Assembly (NCBI GenBank): GCA_023251095.1
Contig: JAHEZL010000001.1
Location: 260,278 to 324,277, forward strand
Direction: 5' to 3'
DNA from: Flavobacteriales bacterium
GTDB lineage: Bacteria > Bacteroidota > Bacteroidia > Flavobacteriales_C > GCA-002722245
DNA length: 64,000 nucleotides
The notes under the pieces: generated by a model
The model's database searches: none
Told to the model about the DNA's origin: nothing
What the model saw: only the letters and a program-made list of their open reading frames with translations
Shown: piece by piece, positions 1-8,978 of the stretch
Position numbering within the stretch: the first letter of the stretch is position 1
Layout: the number at the start of each line of letters is the position of its first letter
Position numbers and translations under genes: made by a program

Positions 1-636
1 TTATCTGAAAAAATCATTAAAATCCCTTCCCGTCGTGCTTTGGATGCGGTAAGAGCTATATTGGACGACTACAGTGCCAACCAAACAGAAGGAGAATACT
101 ACTGGCAATATTTTGAGAGACAAGGAAAAAATTATTTCTACAATTTATTGAAAGCTTTGGGTGATACAACAAATGTTACCGATGAAGATTTCACCGACTG
201 GGGTCATAAAGAAGAATACGTTAAAGCGATTGGTGTTGGAGAATGTGCGGGTGTTGTTATCGACTTGATTTCTACTTTGTTCCTTGATGTGGAAGAAAAA
301 CTGGAAAACGCTCAATTGAATTTCGAAGCAGGAAAATATGCCGATGCCATTTACCACGCTTATAGCTCAATGGTGAACGGTGCAAAAGCAATGCTGACCA
401 GCGTTGGAAAACAAACCAACACTCAACATGGTGTGATCAACGACTTTGAAAAAGAATTTGTTGAAACAAAACAATACACTGTTTTCCCAAGCGCAAAAGA
501 ACAGATTTTGAAAATCAACAAAAGTGAACCTACCAAAGAATTTGCAGCAGCTTACATCGCTGATGCCAATGCTTTCTACAAAGGTTTAACTTCATTGAGA
601 GATCTGCAATTGTCGAAAGAAACTGAGAAAGCTTAA
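1..636 (+). CDS. Partial CDS (5' end outside window): C-terminal part of a probable sulfite/nitrite-reductase-family protein with a helical HEPN-like tail
   Basis: Frame 1 is open from nt 1; the ORF-track start at 40 is only the first TTG. Stop TAA is at 634-636. The product is inferred mainly from the co-directional siroheme and cysH genes downstream. No diagnostic motif is visible in this fragment. Confidence 0.45.
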   Translation, partial: LSEKIIKIPSRRALDAVRAILDDYSANQTEGEYYWQYFERQGKNYFYNLLKALGDTTNVTDEDFTDWGHKEEYVKAIGVGECAGVVIDLISTLFLDVEEKLENAQLNFEAGKYADAIYHAYSSMVNGAKAMLTSVGKQTNTQHGVINDFEKEFVETKQYTVFPSAKEQILKINKSEPTKEFAAAYIADANAFYKGLTSLRDLQLSKETEKA

Positions 637-645
637 TCACTTTTT

Positions 646-1425
646 ATGATAGCGGCCAACGGCAACACACCTCATCTCACACTGATAGGAGCCGGTCCGG
701 GCGATCCGCAACTGATCACGCTTAAAGCTGTAAATGCTTTAGCTAGTGCTGATGTTGTGTTATACGATGCTTTAATCAACAAAGAATTATTGGCTTATGC
801 GCCGGTGAACATTCCTAAAATTTTCGTGGGAAAAAGAGCCGGACAGCCTTCCCTCAAACAAGATGAAATCAATGCCTTGATTGTTGAATACGCTTATCTA
901 TACGGCAATGTAGTTCGATTAAAAGGCGGTGATCCCTTTGTGTTTGGTCGCGGACAAGAGGAAATTGCTTACGCATATGCTTATGGTATCGAAAGCACTG
1001 TAATTCCTGGAATATCCAGCTCCATCGCTGTTCCTGAACTTCAAAAAATTCCGGTGACAGCACGTGGTTATTCTGAAAGTTTTTGGGTAGTGACAGGAAC
1101 TACTAAAGAAGGAGAAGTTTCAAAAGACCTTCCTCTGGCAGCCCAATCTACAGCAACTTTGGTGATATTGATGGGACTTGGGAAACTTCAACAAATCGTT
1201 CAGGAATTACTCAAATACCGTTCTTCAAAAACACCAATTGCTGTTATTCAAAACGGAACTTTACCAACAGAAAAAAGCGTTCGTGGAACTTTAGAAAACA
1301 TTGAAGCATTGGTGCTTTCTAATGAAATCAAAGCTCCGGCGATTATCGTAATCGGCGATGTGGTGAATGTTCATCAGGATATGGTGGAGAAAATTATTGA
1401 AAGAGAATTTAATAACTCTTTATAG
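646..1425 (+). CDS. cobA: Uroporphyrinogen-III C-methyltransferase (SUMT)
   Basis: Has the GAGPGDPQLITLKA N-terminal motif and the VRLKGGDPFVFGRG motif typical of tetrapyrrole methylases. ATG start, 259 aa. Confidence 0.9.
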   Translation: MIAANGNTPHLTLIGAGPGDPQLITLKAVNALASADVVLYDALINKELLAYAPVNIPKIFVGKRAGQPSLKQDEINALIVEYAYLYGNVVRLKGGDPFVFGRGQEEIAYAYAYGIESTVIPGISSSIAVPELQKIPVTARGYSESFWVVTGTTKEGEVSKDLPLAAQSTATLVILMGLGKLQQIVQELLKYRSSKTPIAVIQNGTLPTEKSVRGTLENIEALVLSNEIKAPAIIVIGDVVNVHQDMVEKIIEREFNNSL

Positions 1426-1426
1426 T

Positions 1427-1801
1427 ATGAAATACTTATTTTGTTTTTTCCTTTTATGCATCTTTCTCTTCTCAGGATTATCCATTTCAGCTCAGGATGT
1501 TTATAAAATCGAATTTAAATCGCAAATAATTGACAGCATATCTGGAGTTCCTTTGGCAAATGCTGAAATCAAATTTAAAAACATAAATGCTAACGATTCT
1601 TTAATAGTAAAAACCGATATAGAAGGTAAGTTTAAAATAAAGATATCTAGTGATCAATGCTATGATTTAATAATTACTGCCACTAATTACAGAGGTTTTA
1701 AATATGACAAATTCTATTGTTATGAAGTTTACAACAAGCAAGAAAAAAAGAAAATGTTACTTCGTTGGAAAACGCATAAAGTAATCTATTTAGTTAAGTA
1801 A
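1427..1801 (+). CDS. Small secreted protein with carboxypeptidase-regulatory-like (CarboxypepD_reg) fold
   Basis: Internal ATG at 1427 gives the signal peptide MKYLFCFFLLCIFLFSGLSISAQ. The pattern IDSISGVPLANAEIKF...TDIEGKFKI matches this fold. It starts 1 nt after the cobA stop. Confidence 0.55.
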   Translation: MKYLFCFFLLCIFLFSGLSISAQDVYKIEFKSQIIDSISGVPLANAEIKFKNINANDSLIVKTDIEGKFKIKISSDQCYDLIITATNYRGFKYDKFYCYEVYNKQEKKKMLLRWKTHKVIYLVK

Positions 1802-1806
1802 CGATC

Positions 1807-2391
1807 ATGAACAATAACCCAACACAAAACCCCCTCTACCCCATCTTTCTCCTCCCGGAAAGACTCAACATCCTCATTGTAGGCGGCGGAAATGTTGGAT
1901 TGGAAAAACTGACTTCACTTTTAAAAAGTAGTCCGAAAGCACAAATAAAAATGGTGGCGAAAACCTTTCTTACTGAAACAATTGAACTGGCAAAACAATT
2001 CAATATCACCACAAAAGTAAAAGCATTTTCAAAAGAAGATTTAGAAGAAGTAAACTTATTGTTTGTCGCCATCGACAATAAAGAAGAAAGCAGAATCATT
2101 CGTGATGAAGCCAAGAAAAAAAACATCTTAGTCAATGTAGCTGATACTCCAGATTTATGCGATTTCTATTTAGGATCGGTAGTTACAAAAGGTGATTTGA
2201 AAATTGGAATTTCTACCAACGGAAAATCACCAACCTTATCCAAAAGAATCCGCGAATATTTAGAAGAAGCTCTTCCTGATTCAACACAAGAAGTCATTGA
2301 TAATTTAGGAATAATAAGAAGTAAATTAACCGGTGATTTTAAAAGTAAAGTGGAACAACTGAACGAAATCACTAAAAAATTAATTGAGTAA
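1807..2391 (+). CDS. Precorrin-2 dehydrogenase / sirohydrochlorin ferrochelatase (siroheme synthase N-terminal-type, Met8/CysG-N-like)
   Basis: Has the Rossmann loop ILIVGGGNVGLEK and the ISTNGKSPTLSKRIREYLE motif characteristic of CysG-N/SirC. Lies in a siroheme operon context. Confidence 0.85.
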   Translation: MNNNPTQNPLYPIFLLPERLNILIVGGGNVGLEKLTSLLKSSPKAQIKMVAKTFLTETIELAKQFNITTKVKAFSKEDLEEVNLLFVAIDNKEESRIIRDEAKKKNILVNVADTPDLCDFYLGSVVTKGDLKIGISTNGKSPTLSKRIREYLEEALPDSTQEVIDNLGIIRSKLTGDFKSKVEQLNEITKKLIE

Positions 2392-2401
2392 CAATCCCGT
2401 A

Positions 2402-2471
2402 GAGACGCAAAATTTTGCGTCTCACAAAATGGTTTAAAATACAAAGCTTGAGACGCAAAATTTTGCGTCTC
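2402..2471. repeat. Two direct copies of a perfect 22-bp palindrome GAGACGCAAAATTTTGCGTCTC (2402-2423 and 2450-2471), 26-bp spacer
   Basis: Read directly. Each copy is its own reverse complement. The outer flanks (cccGTA... / ...TACagg) extend the complementarity. Located in the 91-bp gap between the cysG-N-like and MoeZ-like genes. Confidence 0.9.
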
Positions 2472-2482
2472 TACAGGAAAAA

Positions 2483-3553
2483 ATGTTAACTGACAAAGAA
2501 ATACAACGCTACGACAGGCAAATGATTCTTCCTTCTTTTGGAAGAGAGAAGCAGGAGAAATTAAAAGCTGCATCTGTGCTCGTGATTGGCGCAGGCGGCT
2601 TGGGCTGTCCGGCTTTGCAATATTTGGCTGCAGCCGGTGTTGGTCGCATTGGAATTGTGGATGGCGATATTATTGAAGTTTCCAATTTACACCGCCAGAT
2701 TTTATACAACAGCTCAGATATTGGTGCTAACAAAGCCGCCAAAGCAGCAGAAAAAATAAACGCTTTAAATCCTTTTGTGAAAACGGATATTTACGGCGAA
2801 CATCTCAATACCGACAACGCCCTTGAAATCATCAGCGGCTACGATATTATTTTAGATGGTACCGATAATTTCCCAACACGCTATTTAATCAACGACGCTT
2901 GCGTCATCCTCGGAAAACCCAACGTTTTTGCATCCATCAGCGAATTTAGCGCACAAATAAGCATTTTTAATTATTCTACTCAGGCACAAAGAGGTGTAAA
3001 TTACCGCGACCTCTATCCTACTCCACCCACAGCAGGTGAAGTTCCTTCCTGCGCTGAAGCAGGTGTGATTGGCGCACTTCCCGGCATTGCAGGAACAACG
3101 CAAGCAATGGAAGCAATTAAACTCATCACAGGAATTGGAACGCCTTTGATTGACAAACTATGGATCTACGATACTTTGAACAACAACAGTAACATCATAG
3201 AATTGAGTATTGATCCAACACAAGCTCCTATTTGCGAACTCATCAACTATGAGCTTTTCTGCGGAAACCCTGAAAATATTGAAGAAATTGAAGCTGCCGT
3301 TCTTCAACAAAATCCCGGGAAATACCAGCTCATTGATGTGCGCACAGAAGAAAAACACAAAGACAAAAACATTGGCGGACTGAATATCCCCATTGACGAA
3401 TTACAAAATAAGTTAAAAGATCTCGACAAAAATAAACACTACGTTTTGTACTGCAGCTCAGGAAACAAGAGCAAAAGAGCCACAGAAATACTACTTAAAA
3501 ACGGCTTTGAGCACATCTTAAGTTTAAAGGGCGGATTGAATAACTACGATTAA
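2483..3553 (+). CDS. ThiF/MoeB-family adenylyltransferase fused to a C-terminal rhodanese domain (MoeZ-like sulfur-carrier activating enzyme)
   Basis: Has the YDRQ start region, the VIGAGGLGCP nucleotide loop and the ThiF core. The C-terminal rhodanese domain carries the active-site loop YCSSGNKSKR. Confidence 0.85.
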   Translation: MLTDKEIQRYDRQMILPSFGREKQEKLKAASVLVIGAGGLGCPALQYLAAAGVGRIGIVDGDIIEVSNLHRQILYNSSDIGANKAAKAAEKINALNPFVKTDIYGEHLNTDNALEIISGYDIILDGTDNFPTRYLINDACVILGKPNVFASISEFSAQISIFNYSTQAQRGVNYRDLYPTPPTAGEVPSCAEAGVIGALPGIAGTTQAMEAIKLITGIGTPLIDKLWIYDTLNNNSNIIELSIDPTQAPICELINYELFCGNPENIEEIEAAVLQQNPGKYQLIDVRTEEKHKDKNIGGLNIPIDELQNKLKDLDKNKHYVLYCSSGNKSKRATEILLKNGFEHILSLKGGLNNYD

Positions 3554-3567
3554 TTAAATTATATTTG
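3536..3567 (+). promoter_or_regulatory. Candidate Bacteroidota sigma-A promoter (TTG-N21-TATATTTG) just upstream of cysH
   Basis: TTG is at 3536-3538 and TATATTTG (TAnnTTTG consensus) at 3560-3567, 9 nt before the ATG at 3576. This motif occurs by chance dozens of times in 64 kb, so only its position supports the call. Confidence 0.35.
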
Positions 3568-3575
3568 TATATACA

Positions 3576-4229
3576 ATGAATATAGACGAACTCAATATCA
3601 AATACGCAACACTCACTCCCGAAGAAAGAGTTGCCGAGTTGTACAAAGATTTTCCGCCGGAAAAAGTTTTGTTCACCAGCTCCTTTGGTACCACAGCCGC
3701 TATATTATTGCACATGGTGACAAAAGTGAATCCTAAACAGGTCATTCTTTTTTTAGATACCACTTATCACTTTCCGGAAACTCAGGTGTATAAAAACCTT
3801 TTGAAAGAACAACTGAATTTAAACGTTGAAGATGTTTTGCCTGAAGCATGGAAAAATGATTTTACCAGAACAGATGAAACCTGGAAAAAGGATCCCGATT
3901 TGTGTTGTTCCATCAACAAAGTAGAACCTTTGGACAGAATAAAACCAAACTACGATATCTGGATTTCAGGATTGATGAGTTCTCAAAATACAACCAGAAA
4001 ATCATTGAATGTGTTTGAGAAAAAAAACGATATCATAAAGTTTTATCCTATCATCGATTTCAAACCGGAAGACGCTGCTGCTTATTTTGAAAAGAATTCT
4101 TTACCCAAACATCCTATGGAAGCTCAGGGTTACAGCTCTATCGGCTGTACACATTGTACCGCAAAAGGAAAAGGACGCGAAGGTCGGTGGATCAACAAAG
4201 ACAAAAGTGAGTGCGGATTGCACATCTAA
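3576..4229 (+). CDS. cysH: Adenylylsulfate/phosphoadenylylsulfate reductase (thioredoxin-dependent), Fe-S (APS-reductase) type
   Basis: Has the C-terminal catalytic ECGLH motif, plus the CC (DPDLCCSINK) and CxxC (GCTHCT) cysteine pairs typical of [4Fe-4S] APS reductases. Confidence 0.85.
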   Translation: MNIDELNIKYATLTPEERVAELYKDFPPEKVLFTSSFGTTAAILLHMVTKVNPKQVILFLDTTYHFPETQVYKNLLKEQLNLNVEDVLPEAWKNDFTRTDETWKKDPDLCCSINKVEPLDRIKPNYDIWISGLMSSQNTTRKSLNVFEKKNDIIKFYPIIDFKPEDAAAYFEKNSLPKHPMEAQGYSSIGCTHCTAKGKGREGRWINKDKSECGLHI

Positions 4230-4232
4230 ATA

Positions 4233-4269
4233 CAAAAAAAATCCTCTGAAAATTTCAGAGGATTTTTTA
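4233..4269. terminator. Bidirectional intrinsic terminator between convergent cysH and the 4287-4724 gene
   Basis: An A8 run is followed by a 10-bp stem, ATCCTCTGAA (4241-4250) paired with TTCAGAGGAT (4254-4263), then a T6 run. Confidence 0.8.
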
Positions 4270-4286
4270 TTTCAGGCTTTTACTTC

Positions 4287-4724
4287 TTATCTATTTGAAA
4301 GCACCATTCCTAATATTGACAATGCAATATAAATGATGATTAAAATCCCTATGTACATATAATGTGCTTTCAAACTTTGGAATGCTGATGCCAACGCAAC
4401 ACTATCTTTAGTCTTGATTGCTTTTTGTGTTCTCATTGAAAACCTGAACAGAAAAAAAACAGGAAAAAACAGAACAATAGCCGCGAATAAAAATACTCCT
4501 GTAAAAACTATAGTTGGTATTGGCAATTGCATTGGTAACTGGCTTATTAAATTACCAATCATAAATGCCATCGTTAAAAGCGAGGCCACAAACAGGAATC
4601 CAATTATTGCAATAAATATAGACCATTTACTTGCCGTATTCAAAAAATCCACAGCCGAAGAGGTTAAAACCAATTTATCATTGTCAAAAACATTGGCATC
4701 AATTGAGTTTTCTTGTGTTGTCAT
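4287..4724 (-). CDS. Hypothetical integral membrane protein (about 4 TM segments)
   Basis: ATG start and hydrophobic segments (WSIFIAIIGFLFVASLL, IVFTGVFLFAAIVLFFPVFFLF, YIGILIIIYIALSILG). A terminator lies downstream. Confidence 0.6.
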   Translation of the reverse strand: MTTQENSIDANVFDNDKLVLTSSAVDFLNTASKWSIFIAIIGFLFVASLLTMAFMIGNLISQLPMQLPIPTIVFTGVFLFAAIVLFFPVFFLFRFSMRTQKAIKTKDSVALASAFQSLKAHYMYIGILIIIYIALSILGMVLSNR

Positions 4725-4835
4725 CTTTTATTTTTTTCAAATATATAATTTAATTGTTTGGAGAAATAAGTAATTAAAGAAGCTCCGATTGAACTCATTT
4801 AATTTTTATCTTGCGGTAAATTATAAAAAAATAAA

Positions 4836-5372
4836 ATGGACGGAATTATAGATAATCCTGAAAGTGAAAGAGAATTGGAATATGCGAGCTTCTGGATGAG
4901 GGTTGGTGCTTCCTTTATCGACGGATTGATTTTAGCTTTTGTGTTTGCTATAATTTTTGCCGCTTTGTTTCTTCAGCAACTCACCGAAAACTGGAGAGAT
5001 ATTGAAAAGCTTCTTGTTACTCCCGAATTCGCCAACTTCGGTTATGTTACTACCATTATCGGCGCACTTTACACTATTTTCATGGAATCCTCTGCCAAGC
5101 AAGCTACCATTGGAAAAATGGCAATGGGAATTCAAGTGAGCAATGAATTCGGAGAAAGAATTTCAGTACCCAATGCTTTAATGAGATATTTAGCGAAAAA
5201 CTTTTTTCTGCTTTTATTAACTATTCCTCTGTTCAGTAATCTGGGAATGCTCTTTAATTTTTTATACATTGCCGGCTGCCTGTTGGTGATTTGGGACCAG
5301 CACAAACAAGCTCTTCACGATAAAATCGCAAAGACTTACGTGGTTTTGAAAAAAGAAGAAACGGAGCTTTAA
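4836..5372 (+). CDS. RDD-family membrane protein
   Basis: Has the N-terminal ASFWMRVGASFIDGLIL pattern and a C-terminal W..HKQALHDKIAKT (RDD signature region). Three TM segments. Confidence 0.8.
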   Translation: MDGIIDNPESERELEYASFWMRVGASFIDGLILAFVFAIIFAALFLQQLTENWRDIEKLLVTPEFANFGYVTTIIGALYTIFMESSAKQATIGKMAMGIQVSNEFGERISVPNALMRYLAKNFFLLLLTIPLFSNLGMLFNFLYIAGCLLVIWDQHKQALHDKIAKTYVVLKKEETEL

Positions 5373-6703
5373 ATCAATCCTCTCGATTTCAATTGCAGAT
5401 ATTTATTAATGGAATTCACCGATAAATCGTGCGGTTTGTTTACCACCACCTGAATGCCGTAAGTTTTTAATTCCTGCAGAATTCTGTATTTATCATAAAT
5501 GAATTTTTCGGCAATGGTAGTGAGATAAATATCTTCCATTGAATTTGCATCCTGTTTGCTGTAGGCTTCAATCTCTGTGTTTTCAAAAATCATGAGTACC
5601 AGTAAATGCTTACTGTTGATTTTTCTCAGCAAGGGCAATACTCTTTTGATGGCATGCAGACTTTCGAAATTGGCAAACAAGAATATTAAGCTGCGGTTTT
5701 TCACTACGTTGTTGATCGTTAAAAACAACTGCTCGTAGTTGGCTTCCAGATTATTTTCTTTTTCCTTGTAGAGATTTTCTAAAATCAATCCCAGCTGTTT
5801 TGATTTACTGTCGGCTTTCAAAACAGTTTCTACTTTATTGGAAAAAGTAACCAACCCAACTTTATCATCCTTCTGCAACACCATATTCGATAAGGCCAGG
5901 GAAGTGTTGATGGAATAATCCAGCAAACTCAAACCGTCGAAGGGCAACATCATGGACCGACTTTTATCGATCACGCAATAAATACTTTGTGATTTTTCAT
6001 CCTCGTACTGATTCACCATCAGCGTGTCCTTGCGACAAGTAGCTTTCCAGTTGATGCTGCGGATATCATCCCCGTCGACATAATTTTTAATTTTTTCGAA
6101 TTCATAGCTATGTCCGATTCGGCGCAATTTTCTAACGCCATAGGAAGTTGCTGTTTTATTCGACAACATCAACTCGCATTTTCTCATTTGCAAAATCGAC
6201 GGATATACTTTCACTGTTTCTTCCTTGGCGCGTCGCACGCGGTATTGCAGGAGTCCGATGCGCGATCCCACAAACACATTCACCAATCCGAAATGATAAG
6301 CACCACGCGTTACGGGACGCAGTTTATAAATAATTTCCTTCGCCTTTTTTGCCGGCACATTTTTCAAAAAAGTTTTCATTTTTCTTTCCTGAAACTGTTC
6401 GGGAACTTCATCATAAATTTCCATGTTCACCGAAAAGGCAAAATGATTGACCACATGAATCGTAACAGGATTGGGATCTCCCAAAGAAAAATAATCACCC
6501 AGTACTCTTTCGCATTCCACCTTTGCGCTGGCAGCAAAACAAACAAAAGCATCTACCACCACCACAATTAAAAAAACACACAAAATTATTTGAGCAGGAA
6601 GGAAGAGCTGCTGCCACATAAAACTTGCGCAAAATAGCGTCACCAGCAGCCCACAAACTGCGAAGAAGCGATTGGATAAATATAGTCCCTTGATTATTCT
6701 CAT
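5369..6703 (-). CDS. DUF58-type (vWA-fold) protein, canonical MoxR partner
   Basis: Has N-terminal TM helices, the motif DDIRSINWKATCRKDTLMVNQYEDEKSQ and a vWA-like region IDKSRSM. Its start overlaps the MoxR stop (ATGA). Confidence 0.8.
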   Translation of the reverse strand: MRIIKGLYLSNRFFAVCGLLVTLFCASFMWQQLFLPAQIILCVFLIVVVVDAFVCFAASAKVECERVLGDYFSLGDPNPVTIHVVNHFAFSVNMEIYDEVPEQFQERKMKTFLKNVPAKKAKEIIYKLRPVTRGAYHFGLVNVFVGSRIGLLQYRVRRAKEETVKVYPSILQMRKCELMLSNKTATSYGVRKLRRIGHSYEFEKIKNYVDGDDIRSINWKATCRKDTLMVNQYEDEKSQSIYCVIDKSRSMMLPFDGLSLLDYSINTSLALSNMVLQKDDKVGLVTFSNKVETVLKADSKSKQLGLILENLYKEKENNLEANYEQLFLTINNVVKNRSLIFLFANFESLHAIKRVLPLLRKINSKHLLVLMIFENTEIEAYSKQDANSMEDIYLTTIAEKFIYDKYRILQELKTYGIQVVVNKPHDLSVNSINKYLQLKSRGLI

Positions 6704-7713
6704 CTCGGCACTTCAATTTTTTGAATCAACGCATTGATCACATCCTCTTCCTGAATCCCCTCCAACTCCCTGTCGGAAGACAAAATAATACGGTGATTCA
6801 ACACCGGTCCGGCCACAAAACGAATATCATCAGGAGTTACAAAACTTCTGCCGCTCAAAGCAGCAATGGCTTTTGACGCTTTCATAATCGCCAGAGACGC
6901 TCGTGTGGAAGCTCCCAGAAAAATATCTCCGTTGTTTCTGGTTTCACAAACCAGCTTTGCGATATAGTCGATCAACTCATCTTTGATGTAAACTTTTTCA
7001 ACAATTTCTTTACAGGATTTTATTTTAGCTGCCGACAAAACAGGTTTAACATCGGCGCTTAAACGCGAATCAAAATCCTCTTTAAATCTTCTCAGAATTT
7101 GTTGTTCCTCCGCCAAAGTAGGATACTGCAATTTTATTTTAAACAAGAAGCGATCCAGCTGTGCTTCGGGCAATTTATAAGTTCCCTCCTGCTCCACCGG
7201 ATTTTGTGTGGCAATTATAAAAAACGGAAAGGCCAACGGATAAGTAGTACCGTCAACACTCACTTGTTTTTCTTCCATCGCCTCAAACAAAGCAGCCTGT
7301 GTTTTGGCCGGAGAACGGTTGATTTCATCAATCAAAATAACATTGGAAAATATCGGTCCCTGTTTAAAAGTGAAATCCGAAGTTTTCATATTAAAAACCG
7401 AAGTTCCTATTACATCGGAAGGCATTAAATCGGGAGTGAACTGAATACGTGAAAAGCCTACAGATAAAGTTTTTGCCAGCATTTTTGCCGACAAAGTTTT
7501 AGCGATGCCCGGCACACCCTCCAGCAAAACGTGTCCGCCTGTAAGCAAACCAATCAGCATCAGATCCACCATTTTATCCTGTCCGACGATCACCTTCCCT
7601 ATTTCTTTTTTAATCAGGATAGTTGCTTCGTGCAGCTCAAAAATTTCTTTTTCCAGTCGCGTGTCTTTCACGATGTTTTCTGCGCCGTCGTTAGTTTCTG
7701 TTGTTGCTTCCAT
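6700..7713 (-). CDS. MoxR-family AAA+ ATPase
   Basis: Has Walker A LLEGVPGIAKT, Walker B ILIDEINR and the typical MoxR length (337 aa). Confidence 0.9.
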   Translation of the reverse strand: MEATTETNDGAENIVKDTRLEKEIFELHEATILIKKEIGKVIVGQDKMVDLMLIGLLTGGHVLLEGVPGIAKTLSAKMLAKTLSVGFSRIQFTPDLMPSDVIGTSVFNMKTSDFTFKQGPIFSNVILIDEINRSPAKTQAALFEAMEEKQVSVDGTTYPLAFPFFIIATQNPVEQEGTYKLPEAQLDRFLFKIKLQYPTLAEEQQILRRFKEDFDSRLSADVKPVLSAAKIKSCKEIVEKVYIKDELIDYIAKLVCETRNNGDIFLGASTRASLAIMKASKAIAALSGRSFVTPDDIRFVAGPVLNHRIILSSDRELEGIQEEDVINALIQKIEVPR

Positions 7714-7718
7714 AAGAT

Positions 7719-8978
7719 TTATTTACAATTTTTATAAAATTTTTGAATGATGGCATTGAACTCTAAAAGCTCATGCGCCGTTATGTTTTCCATTAAACTA
7801 ATGCGTTGGTATTTTGTAAAAAGAGTGGTGATAATATCGTGGTTAACTCCCGAAATAACCGCCAGCTGATCTATTTTCTGCTCCATATCTTTTTGCAGAT
7901 TCACTTTATATCTCATCCGGATGAAATTAACAAAATGCTTCATCTTTAACAGCGCCACTTTATGATGATTGTTTTGCATGTAATACAACTTACCGATGGT
8001 TTCAATAAACATAATCGACGTGTTGATATTGGGTTCAATCACAGGAATAATTCTTTGTTTTCTTTTGGCGCGGAAAATCACATACAGCAATATGGCCAAC
8101 AAACAGATGTACCAAGCCCAGCGCAAACTTTTTTGAGATAAAATAAAAGAAAGGGGCGATTTTTCATTTTGTCCCTGCGGCTGATAAATATAATTCTGAC
8201 TCACATTGTCCCAGTACACATCTCCTTCGGGTAAAAACGACAAAGCTTTTTCGGCGTACGCTCGGCCCTCTTTGGTAATTAAATAATAATTGGTGAAAAC
8301 CAAAGGCATCGTATGTACATAAATACTTCCTTTACCATATTGAATCTTCACAAAATTCACGTAATCCGTATCTACTTCCACTCTTTTATAAGTTCCTAAA
8401 ATGGTACTGGAAACCATGCTGTCCAGTTCAACTGAAATGGCATTCCAGGTATAATTGGTATCTATTCCGGAACCATTGTTAAACATGTATTTGTAAATGC
8501 TGTCGGTGCCATCATTGATGTCCAGTGAAAGTGCTTCGCGACTGGAAAAAGAAGTGGTCACTCCCGTTTCCTGATATTTGAACTCACTTAATTTTTTAAG
8601 AAAAGTAGTCGGTAAATTTTTAACGGAAAGGAAAGCGTTATTTCCATTTTGAACGAAGGAAAGTAAAGAATCTTCGTCTCTTCCCGTCCAGTATATATAA
8701 TCGGAAATGCAAATATAATTAGCAGGAGCATCCACTTTCGACTGATCTAAAGTTTTGTACAGTGATTTTTCCAAAACAGTAAATGATTGTTTCGGAAAAT
8801 AATCATCCAGTAATTGCGACACCGCATAAGTACCATACGGCTCCTTATATTCCATGTGATAATATTCATACCACTGCACTTGTTTTTCACCGTTGCCTCT
8901 CGGTAAAAAATAAAAAGCAAGCGCTGCCAGAACAATGACAATAGATATGATGATTGCTATAACTCTTCCTTTGTTCAT
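7719..8978 (-). CDS. Two-TM membrane protein; position and size match the DUF4350-type member of MoxR modules (from memory)
   Basis: Has an N-terminal TM (VIAIIISIVIVLAALAFYFL) and a second TM (WAWYICLLAILLYVIF). It is 5 nt upstream of MoxR, and its start overlaps the upstream stop (ATGA). Confidence 0.55.
   Translation of the reverse strand: MNKGRVIAIIISIVIVLAALAFYFLPRGNGEKQVQWYEYYHMEYKEPYGTYAVSQLLDDYFPKQSFTVLEKSLYKTLDQSKVDAPANYICISDYIYWTGRDEDSLLSFVQNGNNAFLSVKNLPTTFLKKLSEFKYQETGVTTSFSSREALSLDINDGTDSIYKYMFNNGSGIDTNYTWNAISVELDSMVSSTILGTYKRVEVDTDYVNFVKIQYGKGSIYVHTMPLVFTNYYLITKEGRAYAEKALSFLPEGDVYWDNVSQNYIYQPQGQNEKSPLSFILSQKSLRWAWYICLLAILLYVIFRAKRKQRIIPVIEPNINTSIMFIETIGKLYYMQNNHHKVALLKMKHFVNFIRMRYKVNLQKDMEQKIDQLAVISGVNHDIITTLFTKYQRISLMENITAHELLEFNAIIQKFYKNCK

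Noticed and set aside
2402-2471. Possible mini-CRISPR array (two identical repeats with a spacer)
   Set aside because: There are only two copies, the repeats are perfect 22-bp palindromes, the spacer is 26 bp, there are no cas genes, and it lies inside an operon gap. It is better described as a REP-like palindromic repeat.
2166-2573. 135-aa minus-strand ORF containing the peptide ETQNFAS twice
   Set aside because: It spans the intergenic twin palindromes and runs antisense to the ends of two well-supported genes. The repeated peptide is simply the palindrome being translated. It is not a gene.
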